In this document: positions 26,906-36,165 of the stretch, one piece after another
Layout of the letters: the number at the start of each line of letters is the position of its first letter
Position numbering within the stretch: the first letter of the stretch is position 1
NCBI GenBank assembly: GCA_026391075.1
Contig: JAPLES010000005.1
Location: 4,533 to 68,532, forward strand
DNA length: 64,000 nt
DNA from: Bacteroidota bacterium
GTDB taxonomy: Bacteria > Bacteroidota > Bacteroidia > Chitinophagales > LD1
Reading direction: 5' to 3'
Notes under the pieces: model-generated
Seen by the model: the letters and a program-made list of their open reading frames with translations, nothing else
Database searches by the model: none
What the model was told of the DNA's origin: nothing
Made by a program: the position numbers and the translations under genes

Positions 26906-27646
26906 ATGCTCAAATTACGTTCAGAAAATTTAGTGAAGACTTACAAAGGCCGAGCCGTTGTAAATCATGTTTCGGTAGAAGTCAATCAAGGAGAAATTGT
27001 TGGATTGCTTGGACCAAACGGTGCAGGAAAAACAACATCGTTTTATCAAATCGTAGGATTGATTCCGCCCGATGAAGGAAAAATATTTTTGGGCGACAAG
27101 GAGATTACCGACTTGCCTATGTATAAACGTGCGCAACTTGGAATAGGTTATTTGCCTCAAGAGGCCTCTGTATTTCGCAATCTTTCGGTAGAAGATAACA
27201 TAGCCGCAGTTTTAGAAATGACAAAGCTTTCGAAGCACGACCAGAAAGAAAGGTTAGAATTATTACTCAGCGAATTTGGGTTGAATCGCGTGCGCACCAG
27301 TATGGGAAATATATTAAGCGGGGGTGAAAGAAGGCGAACAGAAATAGCTCGCGCACTTGCCACTGACCCTAAATTTATTTTGCTCGATGAACCCTTTGCA
27401 GGTATTGACCCTATTGCCGTAGAAGATATTCAACGCATAGTTGAAGAATTAAAACGTAGAAACATTGGCGTACTCATCACCGACCACAACGTGCAGGAAA
27501 CACTTTCCATTACCGACCGCGCGTATCTTCTGTTTGAAGGAAAAATTTTGAAAGCGGGAACTGCCGAAGAATTAGCAAACGATGAGCAAGTGCGCAGAGT
27601 TTACTTGGGGCAGAATTTTGTTTTGCGCAAACGAATTGCATCCTAG
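26906..27646 (+). CDS. lptB: LPS export ABC transporter ATP-binding protein LptB
   Basis: Walker [10 protein letters not shown], signature LSGGERRR, Walker [14 protein letters not shown]-loop ITDHNV, and the LptB-type C-terminus RRVYLGQNF. Length 246 aa. Confidence 0.9.
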   Translation: MLKLRSENLVKTYKGRAVVNHVSVEVNQGEIVGLLGPNGAGKTTSFYQIVGLIPPDEGKIFLGDKEITDLPMYKRAQLGIGYLPQEASVFRNLSVEDNIAAVLEMTKLSKHDQKERLELLLSEFGLNRVRTSMGNILSGGERRRTEIARALATDPKFILLDEPFAGIDPIAVEDIQRIVEELKRRNIGVLITDHNVQETLSITDRAYLLFEGKILKAGTAEELANDEQVRRVYLGQNFVLRKRIAS

Positions 27647-27653
27647 TCATTTG

Positions 27654-29171
27654 ATGACGATGAAAAATTTCGACTGGAAAAATTTTCTTTTCCGCATTTA
27701 CCTCAAGCTTACTTTCCCCCCTGATTTTACCGCTGAAAAATCTATTCGACATCAGCAAAAGATTTTAAAAAAGATTCTTCGTCAGCTTTCCAATACTGAA
27801 TTGGGAAGGGATTTGAAGTTTTCCAAAATCAAATCTTACAATGATTTCAGAAACTGTGTTCTGGTTACTCAATATGAATTCTACGAAGGCTACATTGAAA
27901 AAATAAAAAGCGGTCAGCAAAAAGTAATAACCAATAAGCGAGTGAAATGGTTTGCAAAAACTGCGGGAACTACCAGCGGCAAAAGCAAACTGGTTCCCAT
28001 CACTACGCAAATAATGAAGCAGTGTCATGTGCGCGGAACTTTTTTTGCGCTCTCTAAAATCCACCAGAAGGATAAAAGCATGCGGCTGCTTAGTCACAAA
28101 AATCTTTTAATTCCCGGAGGTATTTACGACACGTTTGATTCCGGAATTACTGTGGCTGATGTTTCCGCTATAATCTCCATCAACATTCCATACATCTATC
28201 GCGGGTACTATACGCCCGATATTCATGTGCAAACGTTTTCCAAATGGGAAGAGAAAATCTCTAACGCAGTCAAACAAATTTCGAAGGAAGATGTAGGAAC
28301 CATGAGCGGTGTGCCAACCTGGATTTTATCAGTGCTACAAAAAATGAAGGAGGAATATCCGTTTGGAAAATTGATCGAAAAGTGGAAGAACCTTCAAGTG
28401 TATTTTCATGGAGGTGTAAGTTTTGAACCGTATCGCAAACAGTTTGAAGAATTAGTTGGCAAAGACGATTTCAATTTCTTCGAAGTGTATAATGCTACAG
28501 AAGGATTCTTTGGCATTCAGGAAAATTTGAAGAGCAATAACCTATTGCTGCTCACCGACAATTATATTTTCTACGAATTCATTCCGCTCGAAAATTTTTA
28601 TGCGGGACAAATGAATGCGATTGATTTACGCGAAGTAAAAGTCGAAGTGCCTTATGTTATGTTGGTGACGGCTCCCAATGGTTTGATACGATATATGATT
28701 GGCGATGTAATCACTTTTAAATCGTTGAATCCATTTACATTCAAAATTACAGGACGCACACAGGAATACATCAATGCCTTTGGTGAAGATTTATTGCTCA
28801 GCAACGTTGAAAACGCGTTGATGAAAACGAACAAAGAATTCGATTGTGCTGTTCGCGATTTTACGGTTGCTCCGTTCTACATCAATTTGGAGCAGAAAGG
28901 AAAAATTCAATTCGCTATTGAGTTTTCGAAACCGCCAATTGATGTTTCTGCCTATGAGAAACTGTTGGATGAAAATTTGCAAAGCGAAAATTCGAACTAC
29001 AAACAGAAGCGCACAAATAACCTAGCGTTATCTTCGCTCGAAGTAATCTCGCTACCAAACGAAACATTCTATCGTTGGCTCTCGTCAAAAAACAAGTTGG
29101 GCGGACAAAACAAAGTGCCTCGCTTAGTGAACGGAAGAAAGATGTTCGAAGAAGTTCTCGCGTTCGTTTAG
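27654..29171 (+). CDS. GH3 family (acyl-acid-amido-synthetase-like) protein
   Basis: AKTAGTTSGKSKLVP (GH3/ANL P-loop-like motif), YNATEGFFG, and a length of about 505 aa. Start set to ATG 27654, just after the lptB stop; the longer ORF from 27582 overlaps lptB. Confidence 0.75.
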   Translation: MTMKNFDWKNFLFRIYLKLTFPPDFTAEKSIRHQQKILKKILRQLSNTELGRDLKFSKIKSYNDFRNCVLVTQYEFYEGYIEKIKSGQQKVITNKRVKWFAKTAGTTSGKSKLVPITTQIMKQCHVRGTFFALSKIHQKDKSMRLLSHKNLLIPGGIYDTFDSGITVADVSAIISINIPYIYRGYYTPDIHVQTFSKWEEKISNAVKQISKEDVGTMSGVPTWILSVLQKMKEEYPFGKLIEKWKNLQVYFHGGVSFEPYRKQFEELVGKDDFNFFEVYNATEGFFGIQENLKSNNLLLLTDNYIFYEFIPLENFYAGQMNAIDLREVKVEVPYVMLVTAPNGLIRYMIGDVITFKSLNPFTFKITGRTQEYINAFGEDLLLSNVENALMKTNKEFDCAVRDFTVAPFYINLEQKGKIQFAIEFSKPPIDVSAYEKLLDENLQSENSNYKQKRTNNLALSSLEVISLPNETFYRWLSSKNKLGGQNKVPRLVNGRKMFEEVLAFV

Positions 29172-29200
29172 GAATTCATGGTTTTGAATAATTGCAGTTG

Positions 29201-30736
29201 ATGTTTAACTTACAAACGCAAATCCCAAATACTTTACCCGTGGCAGAGCAAAACGATTTTCAAAACATCGTTGATATTTCTCCTTTCCCCATTTTGATTC
29301 ACAAAATGGGTGTGGTGGTTTATGCCAATGCGCTCACCTTAGAAATGTTTGGCTACGCAAACGAACAGGATTTACTCGGCAAAAATTTACTGGAACTTAC
29401 CTTGGCAGAAGACAGACAAAAAGTGATTGGTGCTGTTACAAAAGGCGCGAAAGAAAAAACTGGTAATGCAGTTTTGGTTTCGCGTATGCTTACCAACGAT
29501 GGCAGGGTGATTCACGTTGAAACCAAAAGCTACACTATAAATTTTAAGGGAGAAGAATGTAGGTTGGCTGTTGCTTACAACTACGACTACATTACACAGG
29601 TAGAAAAGGAACTGCGTGACAAAAATATTTTCATTGAGAAAATAAATCAAACGCTTCCGCTGCACGTTTCCATTTTCGATTTGCCGACCATGAAATTCAT
29701 TTACCGCAATTATGATATAGCCACAACTTTGGGATATGCAGAAGATGAGGTAGAGAACATCATGCTGTTAGCTCATCCTGACTATGCAGAAGATGCAATG
29801 AAAAATTTGCAAAGTTTTTTGATGTTGAAAGAAGGCGAAATAAAAGCAGTGGTAGGAAAATATTTGACAAAAACGGGAGAGGTAAAACATCTCATTACTC
29901 GCGCCACTCCGTTTTTATTTGATGAAGCGGGAAGAGTGCAACAGGTGCTCACTACCACTGCTGACATTTCCGATTTACAAAATACACGCGAGCAGCTAGA
30001 TGAAAAAGTAAAAGAGCTTTCGCAAAAAAACGAGCAACTCGAAAAGTATATTACATCAAACACTGAACTTGAAAAATTTGCTTACATCGCTTCACACGAT
30101 TTGCGTGAACCTATTCGCAGCATAGTTGGATTTACGCAGTTACTTCAAAAACGAGCTACAGATAAAACCGACCCCGAGACAAAAGAATTTTTAGGGAATA
30201 TTATTGACAGTGCACAACGCATGAACACGTTGGTGCATGGCTTGCTCGATTATTCGCGCGTAACTTCAACAGGAAAACAATTTGAAAAGGTTGACACAAA
30301 CGAGTTGCTGAAAAAAGTCGCAGACGACTTAAAAGCAACGATTGAAGAAAACAAAGCAGAAATTATTTTTAAGAATCTACCCGCTGTGCAAGGCGATGAA
30401 ATTCAACTTCGTCAGTTGTTTCAAAATTTAATCAGCAATGGCATTAAATTCAGAAGCGAAAACAAAAAGCCCCGAATTGAAATAACCGCTCAATCGGAAA
30501 ATGGAAAACTTGTTTTCAAAATACAGGACAACGGAATTGGTTTGGATAAAAAATACCACGAAAAAGTCTTTCAAATTTTTACGCGCTTAAACAGCACAGC
30601 TAAATATCAGGGCTCGGGAATTGGTTTAGCCGTTTGCAAAAAAATTGTAGAACGCCACGCTGGTGAAATTTGGTTAGAATCGGAAACAGGAAAAGGAACT
30701 GCTTTTTATTTCACTATAGCTTCCGCTCAATTGTAA
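29201..30736 (+). CDS. PAS-domain sensor histidine kinase (cytoplasmic, orphan)
   Basis: Two PAS-like segments are followed by a coiled coil. H-box FAYIASHDLREP, N-box LFQNLISNGIKF, G1 DNGIGL, G2 GSGIGLAVCKKIV. Start taken as ATG 29201 (a TTG at 29192 is possible). Confidence 0.85.
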   Translation: MFNLQTQIPNTLPVAEQNDFQNIVDISPFPILIHKMGVVVYANALTLEMFGYANEQDLLGKNLLELTLAEDRQKVIGAVTKGAKEKTGNAVLVSRMLTNDGRVIHVETKSYTINFKGEECRLAVAYNYDYITQVEKELRDKNIFIEKINQTLPLHVSIFDLPTMKFIYRNYDIATTLGYAEDEVENIMLLAHPDYAEDAMKNLQSFLMLKEGEIKAVVGKYLTKTGEVKHLITRATPFLFDEAGRVQQVLTTTADISDLQNTREQLDEKVKELSQKNEQLEKYITSNTELEKFAYIASHDLREPIRSIVGFTQLLQKRATDKTDPETKEFLGNIIDSAQRMNTLVHGLLDYSRVTSTGKQFEKVDTNELLKKVADDLKATIEENKAEIIFKNLPAVQGDEIQLRQLFQNLISNGIKFRSENKKPRIEITAQSENGKLVFKIQDNGIGLDKKYHEKVFQIFTRLNSTAKYQGSGIGLAVCKKIVERHAGEIWLESETGKGTAFYFTIASAQL

Positions 30737-31688
30737 ACTCAATCAACTGCTCTACTGATTTGCGCGATTCACTTTCCGGAAATGCGTAAAGCAGTTTCAA
30801 AGCTTCATCGCGATACTCCATCATTTTCGTAGCTGCATAATCCATTCCGCCATTTGTGCGAACGGTATCAATTACCCAACGAACTTTCTCCGTGTTCTGA
30901 TTTTCGTTTTTAATAATGTTGATGATTTTTCTTTTCTCGCTACTTGAAACTTTGCTCAAAGTATAAATGAGCGGCAACGTCATTTTGCGTTCTTTAATAT
31001 CAATACCGCGCGGCTTGCCTATTTCTGCTTCTTCGTAATCGAACAAATCATCTTTAATCTGAAAAGCAATTCCGATTTTTTCTCCCATCAGTTTTACGCG
31101 CGCAATCTGAGCTTCATCTTTAGTAGTTGTAGAAGCACCACAGGCGCAAGCTGAAGCAATCAACGAAGCCGTCTTGCCTGTAATGATTTCAAAATAAATA
31201 TCCTCCTGAATATCGAGCCGTCTGGCTTTTTCCAACTGCAACAATTCACCTTCGCTCATGGCGCGGATGGTATCTGAAAGAATATGCAGCAACTGAAACT
31301 GGTCGTTTTCTATCGAGAGCAACAAACCTTTCGACAACAAATAATCACCAACGAGTACTGCAATTTTATTTTTCCAAAGCGCGTTGATGGAAAAAAACCC
31401 TCTGCGCTGATAGCTATCATCTACCACATCATCATGCACCAAAGTAGCGGTATGCAATATCTCCACCAGTGAAGCCGCTAGATAAGTGGCTTCGTTCAAT
31501 TCCCCGCAAAGACGGGCTGAAAGAAAAACAAACATCGGGCGCATCTGCTTGCCCTTGCGCGTAACTATATAATGCGTAATACGGTCGAGCAACGGAGCTT
31601 TGCTCTTCATACTTTCACGAAAGCGCACTTCAAACTCATCGAGTTCTTTGGCAATCGGTTTTTTTATTTCATCAAGATTCAGCGGCAT
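30714..31688 (-). CDS. Polyprenyl diphosphate synthase (long-chain, IspB-like)
   Basis: First Asp-rich motif LVHDDVVDDSYQRRG and second motif FQIKDDLFDY. Length 324 aa. Confidence 0.85.
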   Translation of the reverse strand: MPLNLDEIKKPIAKELDEFEVRFRESMKSKAPLLDRITHYIVTRKGKQMRPMFVFLSARLCGELNEATYLAASLVEILHTATLVHDDVVDDSYQRRGFFSINALWKNKIAVLVGDYLLSKGLLLSIENDQFQLLHILSDTIRAMSEGELLQLEKARRLDIQEDIYFEIITGKTASLIASACACGASTTTKDEAQIARVKLMGEKIGIAFQIKDDLFDYEEAEIGKPRGIDIKERKMTLPLIYTLSKVSSSEKRKIINIIKNENQNTEKVRWVIDTVRTNGGMDYAATKMMEYRDEALKLLYAFPESESRKSVEQLIEFTIERKL

Positions 31689-31865
31689 CGCAAGCGAATG
31701 TAATAACTGTTTTATAAAGACATTACGCTGCGCGATGATTACGCAGATAAATACATTGGATAGCTACAATTAGATAATGCAAAAATCAGAAATCCGTTTG
31801 CGTTTGTCTTATCGGTGAAATCAACGGCTGTTATCGGTGCAATCATCGCGAAGCGTAATATTTTT

Positions 31866-32750
31866 ATGTTCGCGCCCATGATTTCAGGCGAGCGGAATAT
31901 TATTCTTCAAAGCAAACATGGTCGTCCTTTTTTGGCAGATGTTTTTTATAAGGCAGATGGAAAGCAAAAACCGCTTATCATTTTCAGCCACGGCTTTAAA
32001 GGGTTTAAAGATTGGGGACCGTTTAATTTGGTGGCCGAAAAATTTGCCGAAGGAGGTTTTGTTTTCGTCAAATTTAATTTCTCGCATAACGGAACAACTA
32101 TTGATTCTCCCATAGATTTTGCCGACCTCGAAGCTTTCGGCAACGATAATCTTTCTATAGAAATGGATGATTTAGGTGTGGCGATTCATTGGGTTTGCTC
32201 CAATCAGTTTCCGGTTTCATCAAATGAATTTGATTTAGAAAAAATTTATCTCCTAGGTCACAGCCGCGGTGGTGGAATCTGTATTTTGAAAACCAAAGAA
32301 GATGCGCGGGTTAAAAAAGTTTGCACGTGGGCGAGTGTAAATGAATTCAGCAAATATTGGACAGAGGAGGAATTAGAAAAAATAAAACGCGATGGATTTG
32401 TGTTGGTGGGCAATGCGCGCACCAAACAAATGATGCCTATAAAATGGCAGTTGTACGAAAACTATTTCGCCAATCTTCCTCGCCTTTTTGTGCCTGATGT
32501 GGTGGAACAAATGCAAATTCCATTTTTAATCATTCATGGCACAAAAGATGAAACCATTCCAGTGCAAGCGGCAATTGAAATGAAAGGTTGGAACAAAAAT
32601 GCTGAACTGTTGTTGATAGAAAACGGCAATCATAATTTTGGCGGCAAGCATCCTTACACAGAGAATCAGTTGTCAAGCGATTTGGAAACTGCCGTTAAGG
32701 CAAGTGTTGAATTTATGCTTCGCAATGATTACACCGATAACACCCAATGA
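31866..32750 (+). CDS. Alpha/beta-fold hydrolase
   Basis: IIFSHGFKG (oxyanion region), nucleophile elbow LLGHSRGGG, IIHGTKDE (Asp) and GNHNF (His). Start set to ATG 31866. Confidence 0.7.
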   Translation: MFAPMISGERNIILQSKHGRPFLADVFYKADGKQKPLIIFSHGFKGFKDWGPFNLVAEKFAEGGFVFVKFNFSHNGTTIDSPIDFADLEAFGNDNLSIEMDDLGVAIHWVCSNQFPVSSNEFDLEKIYLLGHSRGGGICILKTKEDARVKKVCTWASVNEFSKYWTEEELEKIKRDGFVLVGNARTKQMMPIKWQLYENYFANLPRLFVPDVVEQMQIPFLIIHGTKDETIPVQAAIEMKGWNKNAELLLIENGNHNFGGKHPYTENQLSSDLETAVKASVEFMLRNDYTDNTQ

Positions 32751-32865
32751 TTTCACAGATAAGACCAACAGCCAAATCATTTTTTTGCATTATCGAATTG
32801 CATTTATCAAATGTGTTTAGCGGTTAAATCATCGCAAATCGTAATGAATTTAAAATAGGAAGAGT

Positions 32866-33729
32866 ATGACTATAAGCGTTGGCGGAGTAACCGAGCATTT
32901 TAACCTGCCTTGGAATTTAGCAGTTGAGCAAAATAAATTCCAGGAAGTTGGTGTTGATTTAAACTGGAAGTTTTTTCCCGGGGGTACCGGTGTAATGACC
33001 GAAGCCTTGAAGAGCGGTGAATTAGATTTAGCTATTCTATTGACCGAAGGTTTTATTTCTGCCGCTGCTAAAGGATTGAGAGCAAAAATTGTAAAAGAGT
33101 ATATCACCTCACCACTTGGTTGGGGAATTTTCACCGGAGCAAAATCGCAGTTCTATTCTATTTACAATCGTCAGCCAAAAAAATATGCTATTAGTAAATT
33201 GGGGTCAGGTTCGCACTTAATGGCCATGATACATGCCGAACAACGCGGAGAAAAAATTGGTGCCGAAGATTTAATAGAAGTAAAAAGTATTGATGGCGCT
33301 ATGGAATCACTTTCAAAAAACGAAACGCAAATTTTTTATTGGGAAAAATATACCACCAAGCCTTTTGTAGAAAATGGAATGGTGCGAATGATTGGTGAGT
33401 TCAGCGCCCCTTGGAGTAGTTTTTTAATTGTGGCTACCGATGCCGCACTATCGACAAAGAAAGACGCAATCAAAAAAATTCTTGAAGTGATAAATGAAGA
33501 AAGCAACCACTTCATTTCCTCAGTACAATCTATCTCTTTGCTTCAACAAAGATTTATGTTAAGTCAAGCTGATGCAAGCAGTTGGTTACATTCCACTGTT
33601 TGGAGTTCAGATTATTTAGTGCGCGCAGCAGGTTTAGAAAATGCAAAACAAGCACTTATAAAAATTGGAAGCGTAAATCCCAACTTGAAAATAGAAGAGT
33701 TATGTGATGCCTCACTCAAGATTCAATAG
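32866..33729 (+). CDS. Periplasmic-binding-protein-fold (NMT1/THI5- or ABC-substrate-binding-like) protein without a signal peptide
   Basis: The 287-aa ORF has an N-terminus ISVGGVTEHFNLPWNLAVE..GVDLNWKFFPGGTGVMTEALKSGELDLAILLTEG, typical of type II binding-protein folds. No cleavable leader is visible. Confidence 0.45.
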   Translation: MTISVGGVTEHFNLPWNLAVEQNKFQEVGVDLNWKFFPGGTGVMTEALKSGELDLAILLTEGFISAAAKGLRAKIVKEYITSPLGWGIFTGAKSQFYSIYNRQPKKYAISKLGSGSHLMAMIHAEQRGEKIGAEDLIEVKSIDGAMESLSKNETQIFYWEKYTTKPFVENGMVRMIGEFSAPWSSFLIVATDAALSTKKDAIKKILEVINEESNHFISSVQSISLLQQRFMLSQADASSWLHSTVWSSDYLVRAAGLENAKQALIKIGSVNPNLKIEELCDASLKIQ

Positions 33730-33747
33730 TTTCGAAAGTTAAAAGAG

Positions 33748-34188
33748 TTAAGGTAGCACTTCAGATTTTTGAGGCGCGGCTTCGTTTCTTTTCAAACTAA
33801 TACGTTTCAGCGTTTTTACATAATCAGGATTGCGGGCATATTTCTTTCTGCGCAAAAAGGTGTAGTAGTTTTCTTTCGGGTTAGTGTAATTATCATTCTG
33901 CCACCGTTTGTAATATTCAACACTTTTTTGCCAGGTCTCGAAACGCATATATTTTTTGGTAGAACGAAACGCAAACAAATTATTTCGCTTCATCAATAAC
34001 TTTGAAGTGAACCATCCTGTTTCGAGTATTGCTTGTTTCAAAACAATTTCAGGATGATTAATATCGGTGGCAAGAATGTAAGCGTACACACTATCTTTCA
34101 TTCCAGCTTTTGCACCCAGATATAAAACCAGAATAGCAACAACGAAAAAAGTGCGAAGAATTGTTTTTATAAAACGAAGTTCTGACAT
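33748..34188 (-). CDS. Membrane-anchored glucosaminidase-domain (GH73-like) protein
   Basis: N-terminal TM segment FFVVAILVLYLGA. The core LKQAILETGWFTSKLLMKRNNLFAF resembles the mannosyl-glycoprotein endo-beta-N-acetylglucosaminidase motif. Confidence 0.6.
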   Translation of the reverse strand: MSELRFIKTILRTFFVVAILVLYLGAKAGMKDSVYAYILATDINHPEIVLKQAILETGWFTSKLLMKRNNLFAFRSTKKYMRFETWQKSVEYYKRWQNDNYTNPKENYYTFLRRKKYARNPDYVKTLKRISLKRNEAAPQKSEVLP

Positions 34189-34322
34189 TGGCGAAAGATA
34201 AAAAAAGTGACTCGTTCATACGATTTGTTGTAGAATGTTTACATCAAAAACTCAAAATACAGGCAAGATTTTGAGCTAATTTTTTTGGTGATTGCCCCGG
34301 GTTTAACATCGCTAAGAAGCCG

Positions 34323-34352
34323 TTTGTTTATTCCTTTAAGAATTTATATTTG
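34323..34352 (+). promoter_or_regulatory. Candidate Bacteroidota sigma-A promoter for prs
   Basis: TTTG at 34323-34326, an 18-nt spacer, then TATATTTG at 34345-34352, an exact TAnnTTTG. It ends about 24 nt upstream of ATG 34376. Confidence 0.4.
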
Positions 34353-34375
34353 CACTCCCTTAAAAAGGGCACACC

Positions 34376-35323
34376 ATGTTACTTACAACAGACGTAAAAA
34401 TTTTTACCGGTACCGCTACCAAATATCTCGCAGAAGATATTGCAGACCATTATGGTCAGCCGCTGGGTAAAATGGATGTTCTTCGGTTTAGTGATGGTGA
34501 ATTTCAGCCCGAAATAAAAGAGTCAATCCGAGGTTCGTTTGTTTTTATTATTCAAAGCACCAATCCACCGGGAGACAACCTGTTGGAATTACTGATGATG
34601 ATTGACGCAGCTAAACGCGCTTCGGCAGATTATATCACCGCAGTAATTCCTTATTTTGGTTACGCCCGTCAGGATAGAAAAGATAGACCACGTGTAGGTA
34701 TTGCAGCAAAATTGGTAGCCAATCTTTTAACTGCAGCAGGAGCTAACCGTGTAATGACAATGGACTTACACGCAGGGCAAATTCAGGGCTTCTTCGATAT
34801 TCCGCTCGACCACCTAAACGGCTCAGCTATATTTCTTCCTTATATCAAAAAACAAAAGTGGAGCAATTTATGTTTTGCTTCGCCAGATGTGGGTTCGGTA
34901 AAACGTGCCCGTATTTATGCGCAGCAATTTAATGCCGATATGGTTATTTGCGACAAGTATCGCAAGCGCGCTAACGAAGTGGCAGAGATGACTTTGATTG
35001 GAAGTGTAGAAGGAAAAGATGTGGTTCTTGTTGATGATATGATTGATACCGGTGGAACACTTTGCAGCGCGGCAAGCATGGTTATGGAAAAAGGAGCAAA
35101 CAGTGTGAGAGCATTTTGCACACACGCAGTGCTTTCGGGTAAGGCGTATGAAAATATTGAGAAGAGCGCTCTCACCGAATTGATAGTAACAGATACGCTT
35201 CCTCTTACACAGGAATCGAAAAAAATAAAAGCGTTGAGTGTATCCAAACTGTTTGCGCAGGCAATCAGAAATACCCACGAGCACAAGAGTATTAACTCAC
35301 TGTTCGTTACTCAATCAGTTTAA
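34376..35323 (+). CDS. prs: Ribose-phosphate pyrophosphokinase
   Basis: YFGYARQDRK, DLHAGQIQGFFDIP and the PRPP-binding loop VLVDDMIDTGGT. Length 315 aa. Confidence 0.93.
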   Translation: MLLTTDVKIFTGTATKYLAEDIADHYGQPLGKMDVLRFSDGEFQPEIKESIRGSFVFIIQSTNPPGDNLLELLMMIDAAKRASADYITAVIPYFGYARQDRKDRPRVGIAAKLVANLLTAAGANRVMTMDLHAGQIQGFFDIPLDHLNGSAIFLPYIKKQKWSNLCFASPDVGSVKRARIYAQQFNADMVICDKYRKRANEVAEMTLIGSVEGKDVVLVDDMIDTGGTLCSAASMVMEKGANSVRAFCTHAVLSGKAYENIEKSALTELIVTDTLPLTQESKKIKALSVSKLFAQAIRNTHEHKSINSLFVTQSV

Positions 35324-35361
35324 AGAATCATTATTTTTTCACAAACAAATCCAAAACAAAA

Positions 35362-36024
35362 ATGGAAACAGTAGTAATCAATGCCACGCCAAGAACCGAA
35401 TTAGGAAAGAAGGCTACGCGGGCACTGCGCAAGGCAGGAAACATTCCTTGCAATCTTTATGGCGGAAAAGAAACGCTTAATTTTTATGCTCCGGTAGGAG
35501 AGTTTCGCAAACTGATTTACACGCCCGACTTTAGAGCGGCTGAAATCAATTTGAACGGAAAAACATACAAAGCCTTTGTAAAAGAATCGCAGTTTGAGCC
35601 GGTGAAAGACGCTATGCTTCACCTCGATTTTCAAGAGTTTGTTGACACCGTAAAAGTGAAAGTTTTTATTCCGCTTAAGCTTAACGGAACCCCGAAAGGA
35701 ATTATCTCGGGAGGAAGATTAGAGGCGCCTTTCAGAAAATTACATGTGTTGGCTTTACCAAAAGACATTCCTAATGTGATTGAAATTAACGTTGCTGATA
35801 TGGACCTAGGCGATGTTAAGAGAATCAAAGACATTCAGATTCCGGGAGTCACACTTTTACATGCTCCCGCTAATCCGTTTGCAAAAGTTCAAATACCTCG
35901 TACAGTTGTTGAAGAAGTTCCTGTTGCTGCTGCTACACCTGCTGAAGGTACTCCTGCTGCTGCCGGTGCTCCTGCTGCTGCCGCTCCTGCTGCCGATGCA
36001 AAGAAGGATGATAAGAAGAAATAA
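35362..36024 (+). CDS. rplY: 50S ribosomal protein L25/general stress protein Ctc
   Basis: L25 N-terminal domain (RTELGKKATRALRKAGNIPCNLYGG), a Ctc-type second domain, and an Ala/Pro/Lys-rich tail. Sits in the conserved prs-ctc-pth order. Confidence 0.88.
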   Translation: METVVINATPRTELGKKATRALRKAGNIPCNLYGGKETLNFYAPVGEFRKLIYTPDFRAAEINLNGKTYKAFVKESQFEPVKDAMLHLDFQEFVDTVKVKVFIPLKLNGTPKGIISGGRLEAPFRKLHVLALPKDIPNVIEINVADMDLGDVKRIKDIQIPGVTLLHAPANPFAKVQIPRTVVEEVPVAAATPAEGTPAAAGAPAAAAPAADAKKDDKKK

Positions 36025-36100
36025 AAGCCACGTTTCCTTCCCGCTGAGACAGACGGGATGAAACAAAATCCTCAACTAAGGAGAGGACTTTAAATACAAA

Positions 36101-36130
36101 GCCCTCGCAAGAAATTGTGAGGGCTTTTTT
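36101..36130 (+). terminator. Rho-independent terminator after rplY
   Basis: GCCCTCGCA (36101-36109) pairs with TGTGAGGGC (36116-36124) around a 6-nt loop, followed by TTTTTT (36125-36130). Confidence 0.7.
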
Positions 36131-36133
36131 ATT

Positions 36134-36161
36134 TACTATTGCCTATTCACTATTCACTTTA
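36134..36161. repeat. Heptad array, CACTATT flavour (4 units), directly upstream of the pth start
   Basis: The + strand reads TACTATT GCCTATT CACTATT CACTTTA, then GACA-ATG (ATG at 36166). Confidence 0.8.
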
Positions 36162-36165
36162 GACA

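Noticed and set aside
27582-27653. N-terminal extension of the GH3 ORF overlapping lptB by 65 nt
   Set aside because: The extension ([24 protein letters not shown]) is the out-of-frame reading of the conserved lptB 3' end. The ATG at 27654 right after the lptB stop is more plausible.
30714-30736. 23-nt convergent overlap between the histidine kinase 3' end and the polyprenyl synthase 3' end
   Set aside because: Both ORFs have well-supported C-termini. Short convergent overlaps occur in compact genomes. No hairpin or other signal is visible, so I treat it as ordinary.
35813-36075. Leu-rich alternative-frame ORFs over the 3' end of rplY
   Set aside because: They are produced by the GCT/CCT/GCC-rich codons of the Ala/Pro tail of L25/Ctc read in other frames. 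The L25 frame is the supported one.
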